A DNA stretch of 64,000 nucleotides, from the NCBI GenBank assembly GCA_035221665.1, contig CM069156.1:27466001-27530000 (forward strand), read 5' to 3'. A program made the position numbers and the translations under genes. Positions within the stretch are counted from its first letter, which is position 1. Each line of letters starts with the position of its first letter. This DNA comes from Okamejei kenojei (Eukaryota). The notes under the pieces are model-generated. The model did not search any database and had not been told where the DNA came from. It worked only from the letters and a program-made list of their open reading frames with translations. Of the stretch, positions 12,460 through 25,937 are shown in pieces.

Positions 12460-15400
12460 AATGCGCGCGTTACTTGTTTTGTTGCGATTCTGTCAAATGT
12501 GTTTTCCTGTGTGTTGAAGCTCCAAAATCAACCCAAAATACATTTAGAGTTACCTCTGATAATTTTAACTTAATTTAACCCTTCTTCTAATTTACACGTG
12601 TATTTTTCTGTTAGAAATCTTGTTACGCTTACGAGGGTCTTAGAACCAAAACCATCAACACACCGATAAGTGGGAGCGAGGTCTCTGTCTGTAAATGGCT
12701 GTGCCACTTGTCAGTGATAACAAGGTCAAAGTATTTTAATGAAAAGTTGATTATCAAATCAGAGAGTTTTGACAACAACAAAAATGACCCAACCGAATCT
12801 AGAGGGGCGTGAGATTTTCGATACCAGTTTCTTTCCGGCTCACCCACATATCTATATATCAAACTCTTATTTTTTGTGTGCATGGGCACCTGAAGGTTTG
12901 GGTTGTCTCTTTCAATTCTCGGTTTATTCTTGAAGTTAGCAACTTCATCCCATTGAATGCTCTCTTGTGAATAATTGCAGCGCCTCGCACAAATTGCGTG
13001 GAGCTCTTTCGTCTCCCACTGTCGTGAAATGTCTAATGGTGTTGAGCTTCACTCAATGTGTTAGAGGTTGCTGAAAACTCTGGGCACAGGTTTTGTGCCC
13101 CTTAAGTGTCTCGGCCTGAACACGTGGGCAGTATTAAGGCGAAATAAAAGGCGATAATCGGTGCAGAGGAGGAAAGAAACAAGCGACAGAAAAGGTGATG
13201 GCAATGTTTTGCAGCAAATGGTCATATTACATTCCGATGATAGAATCCAGGTACAAATAGGTCACATTATACAGAAGCTAAAACTGACAAGCTGATAAAG
13301 TGAGGGGGCAGGGAGATGAGAAATGACCAAGGAAGCCTTTGCGTGACGTAACAGTCCCAGAAATATACTTAATTCAAGGTAATTTATAATCGATTATTGA
13401 TTTATATGCTAAATCTCGTGAACAGAACCAGATAGTATCGAGACTGCAAACTCCTGCAAGTTGCAGACACATTTTCAATATTGTGCATAATAGAAAGTTC
13501 CATCTTATGGGGGCTAATGTTTTTTTCTGTGTAGGAAGGAACTACAGATGCTGGTTTACACCGAAGATAGACACAAAACGCTGGAGTTTTGCGGGGCTCT
13601 TCTATCCAGATATACTGCCTGTCTCGCTGAGTTAACTCCAGCATTTTGTGTCTATCTTTAATGTTTTATATAGTTCCTCCCGGATACCTAATGATCGGTG
13701 TTTACTCTGGCCCGAGTTTGGTTGGATTTCCCGAAGGAAATTGAAATTAGGCTGTTGACCCGATTGTTTGGGAAATCGGCGGCTGATTTCATGGGAGGAT
13801 TTACGCGCGGCCTTAACATTGGAGGACGTTCTGTGTCAAGATATGTCTTCGAAACGACTTCTCAAAATATATGTTACAGGTTGTTTTATTTTCATAGTTG
13901 TGAGATTGCACATCATACATCAGAAACAATTTCTCGCTTAATAGAAACATGAACGCGTGGAGTTACAGACGCAAGAAGTTCATGGCAGATAATATTTCAG
14001 GTGTCTGGGACATCCTGTTCAGTGAGTTTATTATGTATCGACGTTCAATTGTAATGTTGATACGTTTTCGTTAGGCTAAAATAGTAAAGGATGTTGACAT
14101 GAAATCAGCTACGAACTCATTAAAAAATGGCCGGGCTTGCTCAAGGAAGTGAACAATCCCTATTTAGGAAACTGCATCAGACCGATTTAGTTCCCACATT
14201 CCCGCAACCCATTATGTTGTTAGCTGAATCTTCAAGTCAACGGCACTATGTCATCCCCATTGCCAATCTCAGCGTTCCGGTCCGGAACCTAAATCCATCT
14301 ATCTCAGTCTTGAGTATACGCGATCTCATTCCCGACTGTACTGAACAGCTGAGCATCTGAGTCGTAGGCAATTCTCAAAGATTCGCAACACTTTACGTGA
14401 AGGAATCTCTTTGCGTCCCCTACCTCACCGGCGGCGTATGGGCCAGGTTCTTCAATCTCTTGCCAGACACCCTCGTCGCCCACCAAGTAACGCTCTCTGA
14501 AGATTTAAATTTCACCGAGATAATCTATTCTTCTAAACTCAAACGAGTATCATCATCGCAGGCAGTCCTTTCTATGGAGGCAATAGTTTAGTGAACGTTC
14601 GTTGCCCACATTTGGGGTACTTCATCAGCGAAGAGGGCCACGCAATGCTTCAGACCATGTCCGGCCAAACCAAAATAATGTCCAATTGCAGCAGGTCTGT
14701 TGCGTGCCTGACACATCGATGATTAGCGATCCAATTACCTGTCGGATACCTTGCTTTAATTGTGCCTCAACCGCCTATGATTTGTGCACAAGGACAGACA
14801 AATGTCACCGAACTAACTATCTGTAAACTATTCTAATTTTCTATTCTTTATACCAAATTGGGGAATTCTGCATATTCCCGCGATGTAACATTTGTACACA
14901 CGATCGCTTATCAATTTATGTCATATTTCCATCCTCCTCAACATCCGCTCTCCCGCTTGGCTTTGTGTCGTCGCTGGTGTAATCCGTTAGCGTTGCTCAT
15001 TTGCAATTGATATTAAGTAAAATAAACTGGAACCCATCATTGAACTCGCCATTTCTTATACCTTGGCATATCTGCATGACTAATTAATTCCCAATTTGTG
15101 TTAACTAATCAAAATGTCGCCATTCGCTCCCTCCGATCCCATTAGCGCGTTCTGTTCCCACACCAAGTTACCCGGCCAAGTTAGATTTCGAACAATTGAT
15201 GGAGTTACTCTACATTTATTGGGCCAGCGCTTTTTGAAACTGGATAATGCCCCTGTCCCACTTTGACAACCTCTGGAAACTACGCGATACGGACCATTCG
15301 GGTCGTCTATCATATGCTGAACAGTCTCGCTTATTTTTATATTATTCCTTATCAGATATTTCCAAGGATCCATTTTACACATTTAAAATGTACATATATT

Positions 15401-17732
15401 TTCCGGAACATATTTCCAGCATAGGATCTTTTTAACCAACGTTTAATGTGTGTTCTTTGCAATATATGGGCTCCAACGTGTCTGATATTAATTTGTGGCC
15501 TTTGCGCTGATTTTCAAACTAGCTGGACCAAATATAGAAACAAAGTGCTGGGATTACTCCAGTACTTTCTATCTATATTTGGTATAAATTAGCATCTGCA
15601 GTTCTTTGTTTCTACAATTCAGAACTTTTTTTTTCTGACTGAGAATCACTCCTGTTTGGTGGGGACTCCTGAGGCTAACGTGGAGACCATAGACTGTTCC
15701 CAGACGTGGTATTCTGTGTGGTTATGCTCTGTTTCGCTTCCACGGGGCTTCTGTGTGCTCCTGATGCACGATTCTAGATTCTACACACTGTCCTGAACGC
15801 TGCTTCCGCAGTTTGAGCGGCCATGGCTGGTAATCTTCTTGAGCCAGTTCTTTACGGGTAAAGGGATCTTACAAACTATGTTTCTCACTCGCCTTTCCTT
15901 CAGAAAGCCTGAGCGAAATAAGAGGAAACAATTTAATAAAATATAGTTTAATATCATTCCATATTTCCATTTATTCTAGAACTTTGTGTTTTGCTCAGGA
16001 TTCCAGCGTCTGCTGTTCCCTATGTGGCGATCTCCTTCAATTGTCGCCACTATTCAGAGTCAACGTGTTACATTGTTTGAACGTATAACCGGGAAGAAGG
16101 AGATGGTTATTTAAAAGTCAACACCACAATAGTTTAAAATGCCGATCGCATCTTGTTAACGTTAACAATGATAATGCGATCTCCTATCTAACAATGGGCG
16201 GACAGTTGATTGTGCGGTGGGCATTATCTGTATTATTTTTTATAAGTACATCCAGTAATTAATTCCTGGAGAGACTTGCCTTCTTCATGTTTTTTTGGGA
16301 CGAGTGCTTAGATTGTCTCCAGTATTTTCCCAACTGGCTTTCAAAGACCACACATTTATTATCCACTGCCAGACCAGTTTATACCTCCTTTACTATCTCG
16401 GCTCGTTATTGGGGGGGTTCCAACCAAGCAGACCCTTCTACGCTCCGTCTGAGACACAGTTCTGCCACAGACGCACATCAGAGGAGTTTTTCATAGTAAT
16501 AAAATCTTCCAAATGTTTAGAGTGTGCAGGCAGTTCTGTCCAAACATTTCAGTGAACTGTAAGTATTAAAATTGCCGGGAGGTCCGAAGGAAGGTTGTTG
16601 GGGTTTAGGGTGGGGGTGGGGCGGGTGAAGGGTGGGGCATTTAGCATGGTCCTAAACGGGGAGTTACACTTTGTACCACACCAAGGTCTGTGCCTCCCAG
16701 AGCAATCGTTTTCTCCTTCGTGCCGAGTGAGGGTGATTTATACCAACAACTGGGCATCACTGCCAAGTGCAAATCCAACTGGAAAAACAGAAGATCTGAA
16801 GTTGCGATACAGACGCAAAACAAACATGCCATTCACTTTCATTTGGTTTAGGGAGGTTGTGTCAAAAAACGATGATACGATGAGCATATCGCCTTAATCA
16901 CAACTAAACAGCAAGTGCAGGGAACCCGGAGCAATAGAAAGAAACAGCTGGAAACACACACTGGCCAATCGCGCAGCCACTTTCTTTCCTCAGTCTATGT
17001 GTTTTGGGGCAAGTTAGCTCTAACGCTTCACAAGGTTAAAGTCAGGAGCTCTCCGATATTTTTATATATGTTATTAACACAAAGATCAGGGGTTGCCGGG
17101 AAGCCCGCTGCCAGGGGTTGTGGTGGTGGCAGATAGGATAGTGGCGTTTAAAGAGGCTTCCACAGAGGCACAGAGATATGCGGGGAATGGAGGGATATTA
17201 ATTCAACTTGATATCTTGCTCCGCACAAGCAATTTGTGCGGAAGGGCCAGTTCCCGCGTCGTTCTTTGTCGTGTGGCCCGCCGTGCGCACACTTTCTGAT
17301 TTTGTTCCAAATATGCAGCATTTGCAGAACTTTGCTTTTTCTGTAATTATTTTTAACACAGAGGGTAATGGATGTATAGAATGAGTTGCCAGAGGAGGAA
17401 GTTGAAGCAGGTACTATAACAATATTGAACAGATATCTGGACAGGTACATGGACAGCAAATGCTTCGTGGGAGATCGGCCAAACAAGGACCAGTGGAACG
17501 AGCGTAGATGGGGCAGCTTGGTCAGCATGGGTAAATTGGGCCGAACGGCCTGTTTCTGTGCTGTATGACGCTATATATGCAACACTTCTATAAATCTCTA
17601 TATCTATAAATCCAATCTATACATCACTTCACAATTATGAGGGTATTGTCGCCACTGGTGAAGGATTTGGTCATACGGTGGCAATGATGGGGTTATCTGC
17701 GTGTATTAAGGTTGCTTGACACAGTTGCTCGG

Positions 17733-18010
17733 AGTTTAGTTTAGTTTAGAAATACAGCGTCCGCACCGACCTGCGACCCCCGCACACTAACACTATCCTA
17801 CACACACGAGGGACAGTTTACAATTATACCGAGCCAATTAACCTACAAACCTGCAATTCGCTGGAGTGTGGGAGAAAACCGGAGCCACGGTGGGAAACCC
17901 ACACAGGTCACGGGGAGAACGAACAAACAAACATCGTGCAGACAAACACCCGCAGTCAGGACCGAACCCGGGTCTCTGGCGCTGTGAGGCAGCATCTCTA
18001 CCGCTGCGTC
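17733..18010 (-). mobile_element. V-SINE (HE1-like)
   Basis: (agttt)n tail first, then reverse-complement V domain and tRNA head. Confidence 0.85.
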
Positions 18011-21000
18011 CGTTTACCGCACAATAAGTTTTATCACAGAAATCTTGAAGTTAAAGTCTCTAATTCCTTCACAGAAATATTTTAAAACATAATAATTTAA
18101 AAGTTTATCAAATTAATATATTATTAAGTTTTCCCCCTCATCGTATGGGGTGTTCTAATCTTTATTTAATGCTCCTTATTTTGTTTTAAATAATAAAATA
18201 TCGTGCTCTCTACCTGCTTATATACCTATATCCTTATTAAATGATTAGAAACAAAATAAAAATACGGATTTGCAGCTTTATAGTAAACGGTGGCCCTATT
18301 TAAGGCGACACGGAGCCACATATCTGAGTACACACATGTTCAGAAGAATGAGCTTCCAACAAAATTCTTAAATAAAATAGAAAGACGAATGTACTTTAAA
18401 AGAATGGTCTCAGCCCATCGTGTCGGTGTCAACTCTTTGAAAGAGTTCGCCAATTAGTTCTAATCCAGTGGCTTCGCCCCACATTCCAGACAAGACTTTT
18501 GAATCCATCTAAACATCTTATACCCGTTTGAAAGATTCCATTGAATCTTCTTGTTAAATTTGAACATTACGGAAGAACGATTTAGAAAGTCGGCCATTCA
18601 AAGTCGGTGAACAAAAATAACTCTTGCGAGTCCAGCACACCACATTGTTCACGTGACAATTTTAGATCGAGCTCAGGAGATATACAATCCAACTGTTAAA
18701 GTCGAGTCAGGTAGAGTTTATTCTCACATGCATAAGTACGGCGAGGTTCAGGTACATTTGAAATCTTGCTTGCAGCAGCTACTTTCCTACAATTATTGAA
18801 CCTATTCGCATTTTGGCTCAGACATCATGCAGAATTATGCACACATTCCACAGGACAGTGAAACGTTGAGCTCATAGGACTTGATATTACAATCCCTACT
18901 ACAATCGGCACCTTCTCAATATCTTGAGTGGGGGTAGGGGTAAAGACTTAATTGGGGTCATCAGGTAAATAAAAATACCGCAAAATCAAACCATTAGTGC
19001 AAAACATAATGAGAAAAACAAGGTGGAGCAGGAGGTGGTCCCATTGCCGAGGTGGAATTAGGGTTGTGTGGATCGGTTCAGGAACTGGTGGTTGCAGTAG
19101 AGTGGTTGTTCGTGAACCGTGTGGTGTGGGGCTTTAGGCTTCTGCACTTAACTTTGTTTTAATTTGCAATGCTTTCAATTGTACCGCAGTGTTCTCAAAC
19201 CAGATCAATCCTCAAGCCTGACCTGCCGAGTTCATCCAGCCAGCGGTTTGTGTTTTGCTCAGGATTGTAGCAGTTGCAGTTTCTTGGGGATCCTTAAAAA
19301 GGACCTCCGATTACCTGTCTAATTTTGGTTGGGCAATCGCACACGCCGGGCATACTACTGAATATGAATCAACCAGAGCTGCAACTGCTTTACTGCACAG
19401 GTTGGTTCTTAACCAGCATGAAACTCTGCTGATAAGGGAATCTAATGTAAGTCCATACTTTGCATTCTAGACTGATGAACAAGGCAGCTCAAGAACAACT
19501 TGAAAATCATTGTGCATCCTTAGTTACCATTTGACGTGGTATCAATTTTCATTACTTGAGTTAATAAAGAAGGGTGGACTGCTGCATGAGATTTGTTTGT
19601 ACTTTGGTTCCAGTGCAGCTGCAGGGTGTGTGAATGCCAACAGGCCCATTATCCTGGGATGTGGGTTTGGATATTGCTCTGAATATTTGAGCAATTTGAA
19701 CATTTCTTTGATGTAAAAAAATGAAAGAAAACAGAGATTTTGTTAGAAAGCGGTGCATTGGCCCGTGGAATTTGAAAATGGCTGGAAATGGCTTATCTTT
19801 AATCTTTGAATCCTATCTAAACACTAGTAATAACAGAGACAGTGCTAATTAACACCCTTCTGAAATATATCAATTTCCCATTTTTAGAAACGGAATTGAA
19901 AACTAGCATTGATATTACATGAGTCCAAGCTTGAGGATTTTGGAGCAAAAAAGAAGAGAGAATTCCAGAAAGTAATTCCAAATCACTGGTAAATAACTAG
20001 GCGTACCATGTAATAAAAATTGAATTTCACTCAATCACTAACCATACACCAGTGTATCTGATTGTAGGGAATAGCGGAGCCATTGCATATTACAGACAAG
20101 GGCATTCATTTTTAGTTGACATGGAAAAATATACTGAATTATATAAAGCAAATTGAAAATAATTGTTAAAAGTCAAGGGATACTGTGAAATAAAAATAAC
20201 ATTTGATTTATAAATCAGATTAAAGCAATGTACTTGGCCTTGAATGGAAATGTCAAATACTAGAGGGCATAGCTTTAAGGTGAGAGGGCTAATGTTTAAA
20301 GGAGATGAGAGGGGCAACTTTTTTTACACAATGAGTAGTGGGTCCCTGGAATTTGCCAGGGATGCTGGTGGAGGCAGATAAAAAAGTGGCTTTTAAGAGC
20401 CTTTTAGAGAAGCACATGGATTGCAGGGAATGGAAGATATACAAATTATGTATAGGTAGATGAGATTGCTTTGACTTGGCAACACGTTCTTCACAGACAT
20501 TATGGGCCGAAGGACCTGTTCATGTGATTCCATGTTCTATTTCATATGAGTAGAGAGGTATGTTGAGGTAGCTTGCAAACCAGATTGTTGCAGAAAAGTA
20601 TTGCTTTTAAAGTCATATCTTCATAAGAGATGTCATGTCCAAGTTTGCCTTCCATCACTTAAACTTTTTTAATGTCAGCACCCCAGCAACTAGTTACTTA
20701 TAGTATTACAGGCTGCAGAAACAGATTCAGATACAAAACAGAGAATCTATTTTGAAAAAAGGCAAAAGGATATACTCCAACAATTTAGGTTTAGAATCTA
20801 ACAACTTAGCCAATTTCAGAACCATGTTAAGTTTTCCTAATTATATTTGTGAAAATCGCTTCAAATTAATTCAGAATGTATTTATGTTAAACATCTCCTG
20901 CCTCTGAGATTGACAATGATATTCTTCAGGTGGAACAAAACCACATTCAGAAATGTTGAGCGGCATAAAGATGAAAGATGAATCTATATTCTATCAAGTA

Positions 21001-22873
21001 TCAGAGATATGTATTGATTATACAAACTAAATACAATTGTAATTGCAGCAGAGTAGTAACTTCAACCCATCTGTTCTACAGTAACATTGAAGCTTCCTCC
21101 TGAACTTAAACAATATTGTCAGAATCTCCTTCGATTCATTCCCGTAACTGTCACCAGGCTATTCAACTCAACCACAGATGTTTGAATTTTTACTACATTG
21201 CAGAGAAAGATATTTCTCCTGATTTTTCTTTGAATCCATTGTTGGCCACAACACTTTTATATAATGTGAGTGGTTATTATTTATTTTACAAAGACATTAA
21301 TGATAGGCACACAGCATTAGAAGAACTGCTTATGATACACCAATAGCATTAGTTATCAGTTAGTGACATGACAATGAATCAAAAACATGCATTGTGCACA
21401 TGACCATTAATAATATATGATGACCTGTTCAAATCAGCTCCCATTGTGGGCAGCCCACCTGATGGGATATGTCTCCAGACATCCTTTGGATCAAAGTATC
21501 GGAATCAATTGAAATGAAGAACAAATTCTCGAATGAATAACCCTGTGCTTTTCCACTATTGCTATTGAAGTTGTCAGATTTGCTTTGTGCTGATGGAAGC
21601 CAATGGTTTTCCCCAAAAGGAATACATGGGACATTTATATTAGATTTGATTTTTGTTACTCAAAATCTACAACTCAATTTTTCTTTAATTTATTCAATTT
21701 TCAGTATCTGGGCATCATTGGCAAAAGTAACATACATTGCCTATCTCTGGTTACCTTTTAGAAGGTGGTAGGTAGCAAGCTGCCTTCTTGAACCACTGCA
21801 GACCTTTTGTTAAAAGGTTCCCACACTACTGCAGAGGGGAGAATGGAGGGGGATTTCTGGTATTTAGTTCTAGTGATGATGAAGGAATTGCGACACCTTT
21901 ACAAGATTGGACTTTAAGGGGAACCTGCACCTGGTCAATATGTCAAATGTTTGGGAGTTCTGTTGGATGGTACTCCACAAGATGGTACACACTGTAGTCA
22001 CTGTATGCAGTAGTGGAGGGAATTATTATTTAAGGCGATTGGAGTTGTATCAATCAAGCTTGGATGGTATTGAGCTACTTGACAGTTGGAGCAAGTGGAG
22101 AGAATTCTGTTGCATTTCCTGATGGTGGCAAGGTTGAGTGGCGTCAGGAGGTGAGTTAGAACACCAAGCATCTGACCAGCTCTTGTAGTGTTGTTATATA
22201 TGTCAATGGTTCACTCGAGTTTCTGATCATCTATAAGAAGAGCTGCAGTTACTCAGTTTGGCAACTCTCACAGCATTCCAAATCCTCACAGGACTTTGAC
22301 TGTGAGGGGACTTGTTGATGCTGCAGAATGTTAAGGATAAATGATTGGGCTCTCTCTTATTGGAAATATTTAATGCATACCATTTCTGGAGTATGAATTT
22401 TACTTGCCACTTCAGTTGGATGTTTTCTAGGTCTACCCACGTGTATGTATAGACTGGTTCAATTGGTGAGGAGTTACAAATGCAATTGAACATGGTGCAA
22501 TCATCAGTGGACAACTTACTTCCTACCCTGATTGAAGGAAGGTCATTGATGAAGTAGCTGAAGATGGTTGGTGTTAAGACTCTGGTTAAAGGATGATGGC
22601 AGATAACTTGTCTCAGTTTTTTACTACAGTTATAAGAATCTAATGGCAGTAAAGTAGAACATTAAAAACAAAACCTATTTGGAGTTAAGTGATAGAAAAA
22701 CAACTTGTTACCTACCAGATTACTGCACTTCAAAGTCCTCATGATCACACAGGCTCCTTTGCACGTGAAGCATTCTGTGTTTTATGTCTCCTTGATATGT
22801 ATTAAATAACCCAAGTCAAGGGAATGAGCCTCCCCGTTGTGCTTGGGTGTCAACAGATTTCAATAATCTGACT

Positions 22874-23180
22874 GCACAATGGCGCAGCTGGTGGAGCTGC
22901 TGCCTCACGGTTCCAGAGACCCAGGTTGGATCCTATCATTGGGCGCTCTCTGTGTGGAGTTTGCACATTTTCCCTGACTGCATAGGCTTTTCCGGATGCT
23001 CCAGTTTCCTCCCACATCCCCTGGATGTGTGGCTTTGTAGGTTAATTGGCTGCAGTAAAATTGTCCCTAATGTGTAGGGTGTGGATAACATAGAACTAGT
23101 GTGCATGGGTGATCGATGTTTGGTGTGGACTTCGTGGGACAAATGGCTTGTTTCAATGCTGTATCTCTAAACGGAACTGA
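22874..23180 (+). mobile_element. tRNA-derived V-SINE (HE1-like)
   Basis: tRNA-like head tggcgcagctgg..ggttggatcc, V domain tgtgtggagtttgcac...tttcctcccacatccc, CR1-like tail tgctgtatctctaaa. Confidence 0.88.
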
Positions 23181-23184
23181 ATGT

Positions 23185-23757
23185 AATGCTGAGGCCCTTT
23201 AAGGCGCTGATCTGGCCACATTTGGAGTACCGTGAGCAGATTTGGGCCTCGTATCTGAGGAAAGATGTGCTCGCTCTGGAGGGGGCTCAGAGGAGGTTTA
23301 CAAGAATGGTTCCAGGAGTGAGTGGGTTAGTATATGATGAGCGTTTGACAGCACTGGGTCTCTACTTGTTGGAGTTTAGAAGGTTGAGGGGGGAACCTCA
23401 TTGAAACTTGCAGAATAATGAAAGGCATAAATAGAGTGGATGTGGAGAGGATGTTTCCACTGGTGGGAGAGTCTCGGACCAGAGGTCATAGCCGCAGAAT
23501 TAAAGGGTGCTCTTTTAGAAATGAGGTGAGTAGGAACTTCTTTACTCAGAGGGTAATTAATCTATGGAACTCATTGCCACAGAGAGCTGTGGAGGCCAAG
23601 CCAGTGGATATTTTTAAGGCCAAGATAGACAAATCCTTGATTAGAGAGGGTGTCACGGGTTATGGGGAGAAGGCAGGAAAAATGGATTAGAGGCAGACAA
23701 CAGCCATGATTGAATGGCAGACTCGATGGGCCAAATGGCCTAATTCTACTCCCATAA
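23185..23757 (+). mobile_element. CR1/HER1 LINE 3' fragment
   Basis: LIWPHLEY..LRKDVLALEGAQRRFTRMVPG and RMFPLVGESRTRGH..FFTQRVINLWNSLP. Confidence 0.92.
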
Positions 23758-24309
23758 TGTGAATTTGTAAATAGGGTTTCACCCAAATTAAGCAGCTTTT
23801 TAAGGACACACAAATTATTCTAAAGCAGACACCACCCTTTTCAGTTCCAGACTATGATCCCATTCACAGAAAATTACCATTACAGCTGAAATGCCTCCTC
23901 ACATTGGAGTACAATGTGCCAGCAGCTTTCAATCTCTGAGAACGTTGCTAGGAAAACCCACAAATAGTATTTTCCCTCTGACTCACGAGACTGCCTAGCG
24001 ATAGAACAGCTGTGGTGAAATCATCAGCTATAAATTAAATTTTCTTCCATTGAAAGAAAATATATTTTAAACAGCATTATTCCTTGAGACTCATATCTTT
24101 ACTCATTCAACACCACAAAGGGTCTCTATCATATTCTACTCCACGTGCTTATTTGCTGCTGAGATTCTCAAATTTCAACAAATATTATACTTCAAAATAT
24201 TTGTATATTAGCCTTGGAATATCATGAGACACATAATAGAAATCCAAGTCTTTCCTTTTCTTTGTACCAATAGATCATACATTAATAAAAAGTGTGAAAT
24301 GAAGTGTGG

Positions 24310-24668
24310 AAATATCTGATAAAAGTATATGAAGTTATGAGAGCCATAGTTAGGACAGTTAGAACCTTTTCCCCAGGATGGAAACATCAAAGACTAGAGG
24401 GTATAGCTTTTAGGTGAGAGGGGCAAAGTTATGGGGGGTAGTTTTTACACAGAGAGTGGTGGATGCCTGGAACGGGCTGCCAGGGAAGGTGGTGGAGGCA
24501 GATATGATAATGGTGTTTCAGGAGCTTTTAGATAGGCACATGGATGTGCAAGGAATGGAGGGATATGAATCACGTGCAGGCAGATGAGATTAGTTTAACT
24601 TGACACCATGTTCGGCACGGACGTTGTGGGTTGAAGGACCTGTTCCCGTGTTGTACTGTTCAATGTTC
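24310..24668 (+). mobile_element. CR1 3' fragment (similar + strand fragments at ~17345-17570, ~20235-20540, ~45890-46120 and ~58030-58470)
   Basis: actagagggtatagctttt..tttttacacagagagtggtggatgcctggaac..tgttgtactgttc tail. Confidence 0.85.
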
Positions 24669-25937
24669 CAAGTACAATCAATAGGATGATAATAACCCTC
24701 AGAACTTGGATTATTACTGGGAAGGAGAGCTTCTCCAGCATTTTTGTCTACCTTCGATTTTTCCAGCATCTGCAGTTCTTTCTTAAAGACTGTGAAGTTG
24801 GGGTCATTTAGTTCATCATTAGTCAGCAAGGTGTATTCCTGAAACCATTAACAAAGCACTGAGTGATCATACCTCTCACCCCCAGCTGCCGTGCTCTTCC
24901 AGAAAGATCTAAGCAGCAAGCTGTGGGTTGACTAATGCAGTGTGCAGCAATGGAGAGAGCAGGGGTTCGTGCCAGGTTTCTAGCACTGGCTTGCTGGCAC
25001 AGCAAGGCACAGCAATGTGCTGTTGGTGATACTCCCCTCTGTGTAAAACGCTCTAGCACTAGTTCCATGAACTCCCAGGAATACAGGTTCCCAGCAATAC
25101 ATCCTGCACTCCAAGTGACGGCTCAGTGAGAAACTTAAAAACATCTAGCTTTGTCAAACATTTTCTCCCTTTCATAAATCTTTGTTGTTACTGCCTAGTT
25201 ATTACTTTCCAAACGTTGTGTGCCATCTGATTATAACAGAGCTCAGTAATTTCCCTCCATTGATATTAATCTAATGTTCTATATAAAGGATATTTAAATG
25301 TCTGTGGGATCAGAATAACAATATATCTTCAAATATATTTCCCAAACGGTTTCAAACTTATTCTCTTTAGAATTTACGAAAATCAAACTGCTGAGTCTGA
25401 ACAGTTTGTTACAAAATACTACTGTACCCAAATAACTCTTTATTAGAATAGAGGGAGCAATAACCAGAATCAAATTTACAACAAAACTTCTTTTTTAGCT
25501 ACAATGGAGACAGAAGATGTTGGAATCTTGAGCAGAAAACAAAGTGCTGGAGGAACAGTAGGTCAGGCAGCTTCAGAGGAGGGAATGAACAGGCAATGCT
25601 TTGGGTTGTGACGCTTCTTCAGAATGATTGGGAAGAATTAACTTTCAGATAAAGCATACATTGGAAAAAATCATCAAACCAAACTTTTAGTGGTATGATT
25701 TCAGGTACTTCTCATTCTTTGCGAATATTTTTAACATTAGAATTAATTGCTACATCTAAACCTTTAGCTTCTTTGTTGTTTTGCAATCTATTAACATTAT
25801 ACCGAACAAACTGATTATACCGAAGCATACTTTTTCATCTGGATCAAACCAACACATTTCTTTGTAAAATTATTAATTTTTAAAATTTAATTCCAATGAA
25901 ATAATATTGAAACATTGTTTTATTCATAAATAAAACA

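Larger units (their letters stand above)
1..19000. promoter_or_regulatory. CpG-retaining, TE-poor non-coding domain (probable tbx2-tbx4 regulatory region)
   Basis: CG dinucleotides are visibly more frequent than in unique sequence beyond ~19.5 kb, there are few long TEs, and many homeodomain, T-box and E-box motifs. tbx2 lies immediately upstream of tbx4 in jawed vertebrates. Confidence 0.55.

Noticed and set aside
12795-12812. CTCF site (ctagaggggcg)
   Set aside because: Spacing and 5' half do not fit the core motif.
1-19000. tbx2 coding exons or other protein-coding ORFs
   Set aside because: No listed ORF resembles Tbx2 or any protein I recognise; they are short and many start at non-ATG codons.
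22874-22940. tRNA genes at SINE heads (also ~37310, ~52720, ~17950)
   Set aside because: Each continues into a V domain and LINE-like tail, so they are SINE heads.
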